A stretch of DNA of 64,000 bases from an uncultured Bacteroidales bacterium (lineage in GTDB: Bacteria > Bacteroidota > Bacteroidia > Bacteroidales > Paludibacteraceae), in contig CAKVEC010000005.1 of NCBI GenBank assembly GCA_934728255.1, positions 8,419-72,418 of the forward strand, read 5' to 3'. The notes beneath the pieces were generated by a model that saw only the letters and a program-made list of their open reading frames with translations, was not told the DNA's origin and did not search any database. Shown one piece after another: positions 9,783-20,425 of the stretch. The position numbers and the translations under genes are program-made. Position 1 is the stretch's first letter; each line of letters begins with the position of its first letter.

Positions 9783-11180
9783 TTAGAATTCTGCGGTTTT
9801 CGGTGTACGCGGGAAGGGGATGACATCGCGGATATTCTGCATACCCGTAACGAAGAGCATCAGTCGCTCGAAGCCCAGTCCGAAACCGGCATGCGGTGCG
9901 GCACCGAAACGGCGTGTATCGAGATACCACCACATATCCTTCATCGGGATTTGGCGGCGCTCGATCTCTGCGTTCAGTTTATCGAGGCTCTCTTCACGTA
10001 CTGAACCGCCGATGATCTCGCCTATCTGCGGGAACAGCACATCGGTACCTTGTACGGTCTTGCCGTCCTCGTTGATCTTCATGTAGAATGCTTTGATGTC
10101 TTTCGGATAGTCTGTCATAATGACGGGTTTGCCGAAATGCTCCTCTACCAGAAAACGCTCGTGCTCGGAGCAGAGATCGTCGCCCCAGTTGCAAGGGAAC
10201 TCGAATTTCTTGCCGTTCTTCATTGCCTCTTGCAGGATATTCACGCCCTCGGTGTAGGTCAGGCGCACAAATTCTGTATTGATAACCGATTCGAGACGGG
10301 CAATCAGCCCTTTGTCCATATACTGGTTGAGGAACTCAAGGTCGTCTTTGCAGTTCTCCAATGCCCAACGGACGCAGTATTTGATGAAGTCCTCTTCGAG
10401 GTCCATTAGTTCGTCTTTCTGTATGAAAGCCACCTCGGGTTCAATCATCCAGAACTCAGCCAAGTGGCGCGGGGTGTTGCTGTTCTCGGCGCGGAAGGTA
10501 GGACCGAAAGTATAGATCTTACCGAGCGCCATGGCCGCCAACTCGCCCTCCAACTGACCGCTCACTGTCAGCGAGGTCTGTTTGCCGAAGAAATCGTCGG
10601 AGTAATCAATCTTGCCATTCTTATCAAATTTCAGGTTGTAGAGATTCTTGGTGGTAACCTGGAACATCTGTCCTGCACCCTCGCAGTCGGAAGCCGTGAT
10701 GAGCGGGGTATGGAAATAGAAATAGCCGTGCTCGTGGAAGTAGGTATGAATCGCCATGGCCATATTGTGGCGGATACGGAATACCGCCCCAAAGGTGTTG
10801 GTACGCGGGCGTAGGTGCGCAATGGTACGGAGATACTCCATACTGAGTCCTTTTTTCTGCAGCGGGTATTTTTCGGGATCTGCGGTGCCGTAAATTTCGA
10901 GGTCGGTGAGTTGAATCTCTACCGACTGCCCTGCACCCTGGCTCTCTACAAGCGTACCCGTAGCCGAGATACAAGCACCCGTTGTAACGGGTTTGAGTTG
11001 CTCCTCGGAGAACTTGCTCAGGTCTGCCACAATCTGAATGTTCTTGATAGTGGAACCGTCGTTGAGGGCGATAAACGATACATTCTTGTTGCCACGACGG
11101 CTTCTAACCCAACCGCGGACGTTGATTTCTGCGCCGAAGTCGGTGCGCTTGAGCGCATCAATAATTACTGTTCTTTGCAT
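9783..11180 (-). CDS. asnS: Asparagine--tRNA ligase
   Basis: 465 aa with an N-terminal OB fold ('[23 protein letters not shown]'), class II motifs ('[21 protein letters not shown]', 'GFGLGFERL') and the C-terminal 'FPRTP'. Confidence 0.9.
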   Translation of the reverse strand: MQRTVIIDALKRTDFGAEINVRGWVRSRRGNKNVSFIALNDGSTIKNIQIVADLSKFSEEQLKPVTTGACISATGTLVESQGAGQSVEIQLTDLEIYGTADPEKYPLQKKGLSMEYLRTIAHLRPRTNTFGAVFRIRHNMAMAIHTYFHEHGYFYFHTPLITASDCEGAGQMFQVTTKNLYNLKFDKNGKIDYSDDFFGKQTSLTVSGQLEGELAAMALGKIYTFGPTFRAENSNTPRHLAEFWMIEPEVAFIQKDELMDLEEDFIKYCVRWALENCKDDLEFLNQYMDKGLIARLESVINTEFVRLTYTEGVNILQEAMKNGKKFEFPCNWGDDLCSEHERFLVEEHFGKPVIMTDYPKDIKAFYMKINEDGKTVQGTDVLFPQIGEIIGGSVREESLDKLNAEIERRQIPMKDMWWYLDTRRFGAAPHAGFGLGFERLMLFVTGMQNIRDVIPFPRTPKTAEF

Positions 11181-11274
11181 TATATTGTTGTTTTCTATTT
11201 ACTATGTTCGGGTGAGGCTGTCCGCATAGAAAAAGCAGAGAAACCTCGGGAAATTCATAATTCCTAATTCGTAA

Positions 11275-12825
11275 TTAGAATGCCGGAGCCTCAGGATCTC
11301 CCATTGAGTTCTGATAGGCGGACGCTCCGTCCGGACTCATACTGTTCATTCTCGATGGGAAACTCTGGTAACCGCCATCGCCGGATGTCTGTGCCTGTGG
11401 TTCATCATCGGGGGCGGCTTCGTCCTCGTTTTGGAACTTAGCAAACTTCGATCGGAAACGCAGGAACACTTCGTCGGTAGCACCGCTACGGTGCTTGGCG
11501 ATGATGATTTCCGCCAGTCCTCGCAGGTCTTTGCCCGTCTTCTCATCGTTGAAGAATTTGTAGTATTCGGGGCGGTGGATAAAGCATACCATATCGGCAT
11601 CCTGCTCTATGGCACCCGACTCACGCAAGTCGCTTAACTGCGGTTTTTTCCCATCGTTACCCTGACGCGCTTCTACACCACGGTTCAACTGACTGAGGGC
11701 GATAATCGGTATATCCAACTCTTTGGCAAGTCCTTTCAAGTTGCGGGAGATGATACTGATTTCCTGCTCGCGGCTGCCGAAACTCATACCCTGTGCATTC
11801 ATCAGTTGCAGGTAGTCGATGATAATCAGTTGTACATCATGTTCGCGCACGAGTTTGCGTGCTTTGGAACGCAACTCGAACACCGAGAGCGAGGGCGTAT
11901 CGTCGATATACAGCGGTGCGCCGTATAGTTCGTTGATCTTGGTGTTGAGACGGGCTTTGTCGTCTCTGGTCAGACGACCGGTCTTAATTTTGTCGCCCTC
12001 TATCTCGCATACGTTCATTATCAGACGGTTCACCAACTGCACGTTGGACATCTCAAGCGAGAACATCGCCACGGGAATCTGATAATTGACCGCTATGTTT
12101 TTTGCCATCGAAAGCACAAAGGCGGTCTTACCCATTGCAGGGCGGGCTGCGAGAATCACAAGGTCGGATTTCTGCCAACCCGCTGTAATCTTATCCAAAG
12201 CACCAAAACCGGACGGAATACCCGATATATTACTGTCGTTTTTAGAGGCTTCATTCATACGGCGCAGTGCTTCTGCTACCACGGGGTCAATCTGGGTAAC
12301 ATCGCGCTTCTGCGCACGCTGCCCAATCTCGAACACACCAGCCTCGGCACGCTGCATCAGTTCTTCGATGTCCTGTGTCTCGTCGTACCCTGCCTCTTCT
12401 ATCTCGGCGGCAAGGTGTATGAGGTCGCGGGCGGTGGCTTTCTGGGCAATGATCTGCGCATGGTAGCGCAGGTGGGCGGTAGAAGCCACACGACGGGTGA
12501 GTTCGGTCAGATTGATCAATCCGCCTGCCTCCTCCAGCGTACCCATACTTTTCAGTTTCTCGGCTACCGACAGGGAATCAATCGGCTGGTCTTTGGAAGC
12601 CAAAGCACGTATCGCCTCAAAGATGATGCGGTTCTGGTCTTTGTAGAACGATTCGGGCGTGAGCAAGTCGGCTACGGTACCGTATGCCTCTTTCTCTATC
12701 ATCAGTGCGCCCAGCACAGAGTCCTCCAATTCGGGGGCTTGTGGGGGCAGTTTGCCCATTTCGTTGGCACCTACTTTCTGGGTGGAGTTGCTTCGGCGAC
12801 GTGTATTTTTAGTGGTTTCTGCCAT
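11275..12825 (-). CDS. dnaB: Replicative DNA helicase DnaB
   Basis: 516 aa with 'LPPQAPELEDSVLGALM', the Walker A motif 'ARPAMGKTAF', 'IIDYLQLM' and 'ALSQLNR'. The start overlaps the meaB stop by 17 nt. Confidence 0.9.
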   Translation of the reverse strand: MAETTKNTRRRSNSTQKVGANEMGKLPPQAPELEDSVLGALMIEKEAYGTVADLLTPESFYKDQNRIIFEAIRALASKDQPIDSLSVAEKLKSMGTLEEAGGLINLTELTRRVASTAHLRYHAQIIAQKATARDLIHLAAEIEEAGYDETQDIEELMQRAEAGVFEIGQRAQKRDVTQIDPVVAEALRRMNEASKNDSNISGIPSGFGALDKITAGWQKSDLVILAARPAMGKTAFVLSMAKNIAVNYQIPVAMFSLEMSNVQLVNRLIMNVCEIEGDKIKTGRLTRDDKARLNTKINELYGAPLYIDDTPSLSVFELRSKARKLVREHDVQLIIIDYLQLMNAQGMSFGSREQEISIISRNLKGLAKELDIPIIALSQLNRGVEARQGNDGKKPQLSDLRESGAIEQDADMVCFIHRPEYYKFFNDEKTGKDLRGLAEIIIAKHRSGATDEVFLRFRSKFAKFQNEDEAAPDDEPQAQTSGDGGYQSFPSRMNSMSPDGASAYQNSMGDPEAPAF

Positions 12826-13897
12826 ATTCTGTCAGTAGGTTGTGCGCAGCGATAAAACTGCTTATCTCGTTGTTCAGTACTTGTTTTTCGGCTTGCTCGA
12901 TAAACCGCTCCATACGTTCGTTCTTGTAGAATCCGTCCAACAGGGCTTGGTTGATGGTCTCGTACATCCAGTATTTCGCCTGCTCGGTGCGGTGGCGATC
13001 AAAATAGCCGTTTTTGCGGACAAAAGCGATATATTCTTCGATATTCTTCCACACTTCCGCTACGCCCGTATGCTCCACCGAGGAGCAGCATATCGCATCG
13101 GGCTTCCACCCTGATTCCGATGGCGGAAAGAGAGCCAACGCATTGCGGAAACTCACCCGTGCTGCCTGCGCACGCTCTATATTGTTGCCGTCGCATTTGT
13201 TGATAGCGATACCGTCCGCCATCTCCATGATACCGCGCTTGATACCTTGCAGTTCGTCGCCCGTACCGGTTACCTGCAGGAGCAGGAAGTAGTCCACCAT
13301 CGAATGGGCGGCGGTCTCCGATTGCCCGACACCTACCGTCTCCACGAGAATAGTGTCAAATCCTGCGGCTTCGCACAGCACGATGGTCTCACGTGTTTTG
13401 CGTGCTACGCCGCCCAGCGAACCCGCCGACGGACTGGGGCGGATAAACGCATTCGCAGCAGCCGACAGTTCGTTCATACGTGTTTTGTCGCCCAAAATAC
13501 TGCCCTTGCTGCGCTCGCTCGAGGGGTCGATAGCCAATACGGCAAGATGTTTTCCTTGCTCGCAAAGTTCGGTGCCGAGTGCCTCGATAAACGTTGATTT
13601 GCCTGCCCCCGGCACACCCGTGATGCCTACACGGATAGAGTTTCCCGAATAGGGCAAACACATCTCGATCACTTTCTGGGCGATGGCTTGGTCGGACAAT
13701 AGACTGCTCTCGACCAGCGTTACCGCCTGACCGAGAATAGACGCATCGCCGCGGCGAATGCCCTCGAAATACTCTTCGGCACTCAATGTACGTTTCTTGC
13801 GGCGAAAGGTGGCATACGGATTAACGCTGGGGAGGTTCTCCACCCCGGCGTTAACCGTCAGACCTTTGTATTGTTGCTCGTTTTCAGGATGATGCAT
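12809..13897 (-). CDS. meaB: Methylmalonyl-CoA mutase-associated GTPase MeaB/ArgK family
   Basis: 'GITGVPGAGKSTFIEALG', 'LVETVGVGQSE' and 'INKCD' are the G1/G3/G4 motifs in MeaB order. Confidence 0.85.
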   Translation of the reverse strand: MHHPENEQQYKGLTVNAGVENLPSVNPYATFRRKKRTLSAEEYFEGIRRGDASILGQAVTLVESSLLSDQAIAQKVIEMCLPYSGNSIRVGITGVPGAGKSTFIEALGTELCEQGKHLAVLAIDPSSERSKGSILGDKTRMNELSAAANAFIRPSPSAGSLGGVARKTRETIVLCEAAGFDTILVETVGVGQSETAAHSMVDYFLLLQVTGTGDELQGIKRGIMEMADGIAINKCDGNNIERAQAARVSFRNALALFPPSESGWKPDAICCSSVEHTGVAEVWKNIEEYIAFVRKNGYFDRHRTEQAKYWMYETINQALLDGFYKNERMERFIEQAEKQVLNNEISSFIAAHNLLTEYGRNH

Positions 13898-14003
13898 AAG
13901 TCAATTAACAATTAAAAATGAACAATTAATATGCAGGGTAGGGTACATCGTAGGTCGTTCCCACAAAGCATATAATTCCTAATTCATCATTCTTAATTCA
14001 TCA

Positions 14004-15098
14004 TTATTTCACCGTCCACGTCAGGTTTACGGTGTGGCGGGGATGGTTCGGGTCGTTGGTGATAACCAGAATCTGGCGTGCATACTTACCCGGCTCCATC
14101 GGTTTGCCGTTGTCCAAGGTGTTGATATCCACTTTGATAGTAACGGCTTTCGGGCTGGCTTTTACCGATTTCGGTGCTGCGCAAACCACGTTCTTATCGC
14201 TGCTATATACGCGGTGGATAGCCAGGGCGTTGGTACCGCTGTTCTTTAGGCTGATGGTGCCTTTCAGATGCTTGCCTGCAGCCACGGTACCGAGGTCAAA
14301 CTGGGTATCCATTTCCATAATAGGGGCATTCTGACGCTGTGCGGGAGTGAGGGTAGAGAAGTCCTCCACTACATCGGCACGGAGCGTAATCATATACTCG
14401 TCGGTGAGTTGTTGCTTGCCGTTCACTACCACGTAGGCGTAGAGAGTGGCAGGACCGTAGTTTTTGCAGACTTTCGAATCGAAGATGAACACCAATTTGC
14501 CGGTCTCGGTAGCCTTGACAGTGGGAAGCGTAACCTGCGAAAGGAGATAGTTGTCCTGATCGCGGGTAGCCAATTCCACAGTGATGTCCTGTTGGGTAAG
14601 GTTGGCGTACTCAATCTCGCGGGTAACGCTTTCGCCTTTTTTGATAGTACCGAAATCGATGGTTTTCGACTTGAGACTCAGTTCGCCCATCTTTACGGCA
14701 TATTGGTTAATCGGTTTGGCAGGCTTGGGAATAACCTCTCCTTTTATATATAGGCGTTGGGTTGCCACGGTGGCGTTGGAGGTAACGGTGATGGTCTTTT
14801 GGAAACGACCGGGACGACCATTAGGGTTGTAGGTAACGGTGATTTCGCCGTTCTGCCCGGGCTCTATCGGTTCGCGTGTCCATTTTGGGGTGGTGCAACC
14901 GCAACTGGCACGTACATTGCTCAATACAAGAGGTTCCATACCCTCGTTTTTGAATTTGAACACCGTAGTAACACGACCGTCTGCCTCGTTAATCTTGCCA
15001 AAGTCGTGCTCTGTCTTCTCAAATGTGATGACCGGCTGTTGTGCCATCATGGCTACTGCCACCAGAGCCATAGAGAGAGTTGCAAAAATCTTTTTCAT
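14004..15098 (-). CDS. DUF1573 domain-containing secreted protein (tandem Ig-like repeats)
   Basis: Signal peptide. 'FDFGKI...' and 'VRASCGCTTPKW' form the hallmark of DUF1573, and a second repeat begins 'FDLGTVAAGK'. Confidence 0.7.
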   Translation of the reverse strand: MKKIFATLSMALVAVAMMAQQPVITFEKTEHDFGKINEADGRVTTVFKFKNEGMEPLVLSNVRASCGCTTPKWTREPIEPGQNGEITVTYNPNGRPGRFQKTITVTSNATVATQRLYIKGEVIPKPAKPINQYAVKMGELSLKSKTIDFGTIKKGESVTREIEYANLTQQDITVELATRDQDNYLLSQVTLPTVKATETGKLVFIFDSKVCKNYGPATLYAYVVVNGKQQLTDEYMITLRADVVEDFSTLTPAQRQNAPIMEMDTQFDLGTVAAGKHLKGTISLKNSGTNALAIHRVYSSDKNVVCAAPKSVKASPKAVTIKVDINTLDNGKPMEPGKYARQILVITNDPNHPRHTVNLTWTVK

Positions 15099-15232
15099 AT
15101 CACTATGTCGTTAGTTTTGTTAAATTTGCTTTATTTTTTTGAGGGCGTATTCCCTTTCTATCATAAGCGCATCCTATAACCATCCACCTACGTTTACAAT
15201 ATAGATAATAGGGTGCTTGTTTTTATCAATAA

Positions 15233-17464
15233 TTAACTATTCCCCGTCTCGATTCGTTTCACCACTTTGATTTCCTCTATTTTTTTGAGGGATTGGAACA
15301 GGTCTTGCAGTTCCTTGCGGTCATAGACATAGAGTTCCAGTTCGCCTTTGAATATACCGTCATCGGCTGCCACTTGCATAGAGCGTATATTGATGTGGAA
15401 CTCCTCGGTGATGATGGTCAGCACGTGGATAAACACGCCGAATTTGTCAATACCTTGTATCTCGATCGTCTCGACGAACGACTGCACACGATGGGTGTTC
15501 CATGTGGCGGCATAGATGCGTTTGCCTTGCGACGACTTGAGCAGCATAGCCTCGTCGCAGTCAATCTTGTGGATATACATCTTGCCGTCGTCGCCCAGAT
15601 AGCCGAGTACCTCGTCGCCCGGAATGGGGTGGCAGCAGTCGGCTAAGATATAATCGTGTCCTAAGTTTTCATCCGTCAGGACTATCGTTTGGTGCGATTT
15701 GGGTGCCGCCTGTGCCGGTGCTTGCGGTTGCGGTTTCTCTTTGTCTGCCGACGAGAAGGGATTGAGACGCGCCCAGAAACCTTTCTTCGGAAAGATAATC
15801 TGCTGCATGTCGTCTAAGCGTATCACTCCCTGACCTATCTGCAGGTAGAGTTGGCTCGGACGGGTGAGTTGGTAATGGTTGAGCATACGCTGCAATGCCA
15901 TATCCTCGCTGCCTTTCGCCTCCAGCATACCCCACGCATCGTGGAAGAGTTTGTCGCCGCGCTTGATATACTGCCGCTCCTCGCGGCGGAAATACTCGCG
16001 CAGACACGATTGTGCCTTGGCGGTCGTTACAAAATTCAGCCAGTTCTCCTGCGGGTGCTGGCTGCCCGAGGTGAGTATCTCCACCTGGTCGCCGCCTTTC
16101 AGTACGTAACTGAGCGGCACCAGCGTATGGTTCACTTTCGCACCGATACAATGTTCGCCCAACTCGGAGTGGAGTAGGAAGGCAAAATCGAGTGCAGTTG
16201 CCCCTTGTGGCATCGTCTTGATCTCGCCTTTCGGCGTGAAGACGAACACCTCCTGCGCAAACAGGTTCAGTTTGAAGGTGTCGAGAAACTCCATAGCGTC
16301 CTTTTCGGGGTGCTCCAGAATCTCCTTTATCTCGCAGAGCCATTTGTCTAACTCCGACTCGTCCGACTCGCCCGTTTTGTATTTCCAGTGCGCTGCCAGA
16401 CCGCGTTCTGCCAGTTCGTGCATACGGTCGGTACGTATCTGTACCTCGATCCACTCGCCGTCCTGCCCCATTACCGTTACGTGCAACGCTTCGTAGCCGT
16501 TGGCTTTCGGCGTGCTGATCCAGTCGCGGATACGCTCGGGGTGCGGGCGGTAAATCTCCGTGATAGCGGAGTAGATCATCCAGCATTGGTCTTTCTCCGA
16601 CATCGACTCGTTGGGCGTAAACACGATACGCACTGCCAGCAGGTCATACACGTCCTCAAACGGTATCTGCTGGGTGGTCATCTTCTTCCATATCGAATAG
16701 ACCGACTTGATACGCGCCGTAATGCTGAACCGGTAGCCCATCGCCTCCAGTTTGGTGCGGATAGGGGCGGAGAATGTCTCGAAAGTAGCCATTTGGGCGT
16801 TCTTGTTCGCCGCCAGTTTGGCTTCTATCTCGGCGTAGGTATCAGGGTGCTCGTATTTGAAACTCAGGTCTTCCAGTTCCGTTTTGATGGGGAACAGACC
16901 CAAGCGGTGCGCCAGCGGGGCATAGATATACTGTGTCTCGCCGGCAATCTTGTACTGCTTGTCTTTCGGTTGTGCACCGAGGGTGCGCATATTGTGCAAC
17001 CGGTCGGCAATCTTGATCAGTACGACGCGGATGTCGTCGGAGATGGTCAGCAGCAGTTTGCGGAAGTTCTCCGCCTGCTCGCTGGCGTGCTCGCCGAATA
17101 CACCGCCCGAAATCTTCGTCAGTCCGTCCACTATCTGGGCAATCTTGTCGCCGAAGAGGTTGCGTATGTCATCGGTCGTATAGTCGGTATCCTCCACCAC
17201 GTCGTGGAGCAGCGCACTGCATATACTGGTGCTGCCCAGACCTATTTCCCGCACACAGATACGCGCCACTGCCAGCGGGTGCATGATATACGGCTCGCCA
17301 CTCAGGCGGCGGACACCCTTGTGTGCCTGCTTGGCAAAATGAAAAGCATGCGTGATCAGTTCCACCTTCTGGCGGTGCATCGTATGGGCATAATCGTCTA
17401 AGAGCGCCTCAAACTCGCGCTGAATCATCTGCTCTTCTTCCTGTGTAAACTCGCTTTCTGTCAT
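15233..17464 (-). CDS. Bifunctional (p)ppGpp synthetase/hydrolase, RelA/SpoT (RSH) family
   Basis: HD hydrolase motif 'HDVVEDT', synthetase region 'YEALHVTV...VQIRT', then TGS and ACT-like C-terminal domains. The start is placed at MTESEF (17464), supported by a TAnnTTTG motif just upstream. Confidence 0.9.
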   Translation of the reverse strand: MTESEFTQEEEQMIQREFEALLDDYAHTMHRQKVELITHAFHFAKQAHKGVRRLSGEPYIMHPLAVARICVREIGLGSTSICSALLHDVVEDTDYTTDDIRNLFGDKIAQIVDGLTKISGGVFGEHASEQAENFRKLLLTISDDIRVVLIKIADRLHNMRTLGAQPKDKQYKIAGETQYIYAPLAHRLGLFPIKTELEDLSFKYEHPDTYAEIEAKLAANKNAQMATFETFSAPIRTKLEAMGYRFSITARIKSVYSIWKKMTTQQIPFEDVYDLLAVRIVFTPNESMSEKDQCWMIYSAITEIYRPHPERIRDWISTPKANGYEALHVTVMGQDGEWIEVQIRTDRMHELAERGLAAHWKYKTGESDESELDKWLCEIKEILEHPEKDAMEFLDTFKLNLFAQEVFVFTPKGEIKTMPQGATALDFAFLLHSELGEHCIGAKVNHTLVPLSYVLKGGDQVEILTSGSQHPQENWLNFVTTAKAQSCLREYFRREERQYIKRGDKLFHDAWGMLEAKGSEDMALQRMLNHYQLTRPSQLYLQIGQGVIRLDDMQQIIFPKKGFWARLNPFSSADKEKPQPQAPAQAAPKSHQTIVLTDENLGHDYILADCCHPIPGDEVLGYLGDDGKMYIHKIDCDEAMLLKSSQGKRIYAATWNTHRVQSFVETIEIQGIDKFGVFIHVLTIITEEFHINIRSMQVAADDGIFKGELELYVYDRKELQDLFQSLKKIEEIKVVKRIETGNS

Positions 17465-17482
17465 TGTACTGAAAAAGGTCTG

Positions 17483-17490
17483 CAAAATTA
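17483..17490 (-). promoter_or_regulatory. Bacteroidota -7 motif ('taattttg' on minus strand)
   Basis: The plus strand reads 'caaaatta'. The motif lies about 20 nt upstream of the proposed RSH start at 17464. Confidence 0.4.
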
Positions 17491-17567
17491 CTAAAACTAT
17501 TCCATATATGCAAACCCGCCCGCGCTTTTTGTCTGATAGTGGAGAAAGAGAGTGTTTGCTCACTCCC

Positions 17568-17672
17568 GCCAACCTTGCCAACCAACCGACCTTTTTCTAA
17601 ATATATACACCCTCGCCCGCGTACACGGGTGTATAGAGTTTTCAAAAAGGTCGGTTGGTTGGCAAGGTTGGC
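17568..17672. repeat. 105-nt hairpin with perfect 29-bp arms and a nested 9-bp inner stem
   Basis: The left arm 'gccaaccttgccaaccaaccgaccttttt' (17568-17596) is the exact reverse complement of 17644-17672. The inner stem is 'tatacaccc...gggtgtata'. Confidence 0.85.
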
Positions 17673-17719
17673 ATTGTTTCGCGTATACGCCTTGCAAAAA
17701 GTGCATTTTGTTAAGATTC

Positions 17720-17797
17720 CATTGTGCATTGTGCATTATGCATTGTGTATTGAAAAGTCAGGTGGATGTCAGGTGGATGTCAGGTGGATAGCGGGTG
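17720..17797. repeat. Composite word array: 7-mers (cattgtg/cattatg) + 'aaaag' + three 11-mers (tcaggtggatg)
   Basis: Read directly. It has the same module architecture as 60273..60363. Confidence 0.85.
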
Positions 17798-17870
17798 CTT
17801 GCCGCTCTCTCGAAATGTGTCAAATTTTAAGATACCCCGCCAAACACTTGGAAATTCGAAAAAAATGCAG

Positions 17871-17878
17871 TAACTTTG
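17871..17878 (+). promoter_or_regulatory. Bacteroidota -7 motif ('taactttg')
   Basis: Exact TAnnTTTG match, about 29 nt upstream of the ATG at 17907. Confidence 0.45.
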
Positions 17879-17906
17879 CAGCAAATTTGTGGCAAATTCG
17901 ACCGGT

Positions 17907-18998
17907 ATGTCTAAAAGAGTACTCCTGTATATTGTTTTTTCTTTGCTTGTGGTGCTGCCGCTGGCGGCAAAAGGTGTACCCGATAAGCCTTTTACCGTGG
18001 TGATTGATGCCGGGCACGGCGGCAAAGACCCGGGAGCCATTGGCAAGATCGCTTTGGAGAAAAACCTCAATCTGGAGGTGGCTTTGCTTACAGGCAAAAT
18101 GATCAAGGAGCAGTTCCCCGATGTCAACGTGGTCTATACGCGCCAAACCGATATATTCCTCCCTCTGCAGAAGCGTGCCGACATCGTGAACAGCCACAAT
18201 GCCGACCTCTTCATCTGTATCCATACCAATTCGTCCGAATCCAAAGCCGCCGAAGGTGTGGAGACCTTTATTCTCGGTACGGAGAAGATGGACAAGAACC
18301 TCGATGTCGCTATGCGAGAGAACTCGGTTATCAAACTTGAGTCCGACTATCAGACGGCTTACCAGGGCTTCGACCCCAATTCCATTGACTCCTATATTAT
18401 GTTCGAACTGATGCAGAATACCTATATGGATCAGTCGCTGCAATTTGCTACATACGTGCAGCGTCAGTTCGTGGAGAATCTGCACCGTGCGGAGCGGGGA
18501 GTGCGTCAGGCGGCATTCTGGGTATTGCTCAAGTCGGCTTGCCCGAGTATCCTGTTGGAGATGGGCTTCATTTCCAATCCTGCCGAGGAAAAGTACCTTG
18601 CCTCCGAGAAAGGACAGCGCGATATGGCGCAGTCGTTGTGCAACGCTTTTGCGCAGTTTACCCACCGTACGCAGGCGAAAGCAACAGCCATTCCTGCTAC
18701 GGCGCAACCATCTGCCACGGCGCAGGATTCGGCTAAGGCAACATCGCCCGACTCCGTCGCGGTACAACCTGTTACTGCAGAGAAGAAGACTACCTATGCC
18801 ATCCAACTCTTGGCATCCCGTACACCCGTTTCTGACAAGGACGCGCGTCTGCACGGACTGAAGTGCCAATGCCTCCAAGTGGATGGTTGGTACAAATACT
18901 ACTATGGCGAATCGGCTGACCGGGAAGCCGTAGTGCGTACCCAAAAAGAGATACGCAAACACTTCCCCGATTGTTGGATTATCAAGTTGGAAAAATAA
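17907..18998 (+). CDS. N-acetylmuramoyl-L-alanine amidase (Amidase_3) with C-terminal SPOR-like domain
   Basis: Signal peptide, then 'VVIDAGHGGKDPGA', 'ADLFICIHTNS' and 'ILLEMGFISN'. The C-terminal 'YAIQLLASRTPV...WYKYYYGES' is SPOR-like. I prefer the ATG at 17907 over the GTG at 17889. Confidence 0.85.
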   Translation: MSKRVLLYIVFSLLVVLPLAAKGVPDKPFTVVIDAGHGGKDPGAIGKIALEKNLNLEVALLTGKMIKEQFPDVNVVYTRQTDIFLPLQKRADIVNSHNADLFICIHTNSSESKAAEGVETFILGTEKMDKNLDVAMRENSVIKLESDYQTAYQGFDPNSIDSYIMFELMQNTYMDQSLQFATYVQRQFVENLHRAERGVRQAAFWVLLKSACPSILLEMGFISNPAEEKYLASEKGQRDMAQSLCNAFAQFTHRTQAKATAIPATAQPSATAQDSAKATSPDSVAVQPVTAEKKTTYAIQLLASRTPVSDKDARLHGLKCQCLQVDGWYKYYYGESADREAVVRTQKEIRKHFPDCWIIKLEK

Positions 18999-19004
18999 CA
19001 GAAT

Positions 19005-19919
19005 ATGAAATACGCTCGTGAAATCAAGGTCGGCATTCTTGCCGTCGTTTGTATCTTTTTATTGTTCTTTGGCTTCAATTTTCTGAAAGGAGTCAATATA
19101 TTCTCGTCTATGTACGCTTTCCATGGCGTGTACGATAATATACACGGCTTGGAGGAACAGGCACCCGTGATGATACGCGGTTATAAGGTTGGGCAGGTGG
19201 ATAAAATCCACTACGACTTCGCCAAAGACAGTGCTTTCACCATCGACATCTCTATCAACCGCGACATCGACCTTCCGCGTGGCACGCAGATGGCACTTGT
19301 GGCAGACGGGCTTCTCGGCGGTATGGCTATCGAACTGCAACTGCCCGCCCATCCGGGGCAGGAACTATGCAAGTCGGGCGAGACCTTGCCGACGCGCTAT
19401 GTCCCCGGTTTGGTAGAGGACTTGCAAGTCAACCTTTTAGCATCGCTTGGCAGTACCATCGATGCTGTGGACTCGTTAGTTGATCAACTCAATAGCCAGT
19501 TGGACAACGACCACTTGGCGACCACTTTGGCGAATGTGGATAATATATCCTCCGACCTTACCACCGTTTCGCGCGACCTCAAAGGACTGATGGCTGACAA
19601 GGTGCCGCAGATAGTGGACAATGCGGATAGCACAATCAATAGCATCAAGCAGATTGCTTCCGACATCAACGGCGCAGACATCGCTGCTACGGTGGCGCGT
19701 GTGGACTCGGCTGTGGCACAGGTGAATACCACATTGGCGGACGTTAATTCGGATAACGGCACACTCGGTCTTTTGCTCCACGACAAGTCGCTCTACCGCA
19801 ACATCGATGCCACTGTCGTCTCTGCTGATTCGCTCCTTACCGACCTCAAGGCGAATCCCAAACGCTACGTCCATTTCTCACTCTTCGGCCAGAAAGACAA
19901 GAAGGACAAGAAAAAATAG
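19005..19919 (+). CDS. MlaD/MCE family protein
   Basis: N-terminal TM anchor 'KVGILAVVCIFLLFFGF', the MCE core 'PVMIRGYKVGQV', and a helical C-terminus. Confidence 0.75.
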   Translation: MKYAREIKVGILAVVCIFLLFFGFNFLKGVNIFSSMYAFHGVYDNIHGLEEQAPVMIRGYKVGQVDKIHYDFAKDSAFTIDISINRDIDLPRGTQMALVADGLLGGMAIELQLPAHPGQELCKSGETLPTRYVPGLVEDLQVNLLASLGSTIDAVDSLVDQLNSQLDNDHLATTLANVDNISSDLTTVSRDLKGLMADKVPQIVDNADSTINSIKQIASDINGADIAATVARVDSAVAQVNTTLADVNSDNGTLGLLLHDKSLYRNIDATVVSADSLLTDLKANPKRYVHFSLFGQKDKKDKKK

Positions 19920-20122
19920 CAATATATAGAAAGATAGAAATAGAAAGTGAGTTTGTATAACTATTTTAGTTTGTACAAATGAATTTTTTATTGTAATTTT
20001 GCAGCCGAATAGAATAATAATTAAAAGAATGACAATAGTCCTTTTGTTTCGTACCTTGTAAAAACTGACAGATATATGCCTGCACAATCGTTTTAATGTT
20101 TTATTTATGAAAAATTGTTGCT

Positions 20123-20425
20123 ATGAATAGTACACAATATTACATAGATACGCTTCGGGCACATGCTGCTGAACTACAAACGCGGTTTGGCATATCGTAT
20201 ATGCGTCTTTTCGGTTCTGTGGCACGCGGCGAGCAGCGGGAAGACAGCGATGTGGATATTTTTGTTGAGATGCCTGCTACAATGAAAGAGGTTTGCGGGG
20301 CACAATTGTTTTTAGAGAAATTATTGGGCTGCAATGTAGATTTAATCCGCAAGCACAGCAACCTCAGTACGTACTTTCTAAACCAAGTAGAGAAAAATGG
20401 TATCACTATCTTCGGAGCAGCGTGA
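20123..20425 (+). CDS. Nucleotidyltransferase-domain antitoxin (MntA-like, type VII TA)
   Basis: 100 aa. 'LFGSVARGEQREDSDVDIFV' is the minimal NTase GS...DxD motif. Confidence 0.8.
   Translation: MNSTQYYIDTLRAHAAELQTRFGISYMRLFGSVARGEQREDSDVDIFVEMPATMKEVCGAQLFLEKLLGCNVDLIRKHSNLSTYFLNQVEKNGITIFGAA

Noticed and set aside
15669-17401. 305-aa minus-strand (alternate frame) and 337-aa plus-strand ORFs overlapping the RelA/SpoT gene.
   Set aside because: The RSH frame carries the HD, synthetase, TGS and ACT motifs. The overlapping frames are Arg/Gly-rich with no recognisable domains.
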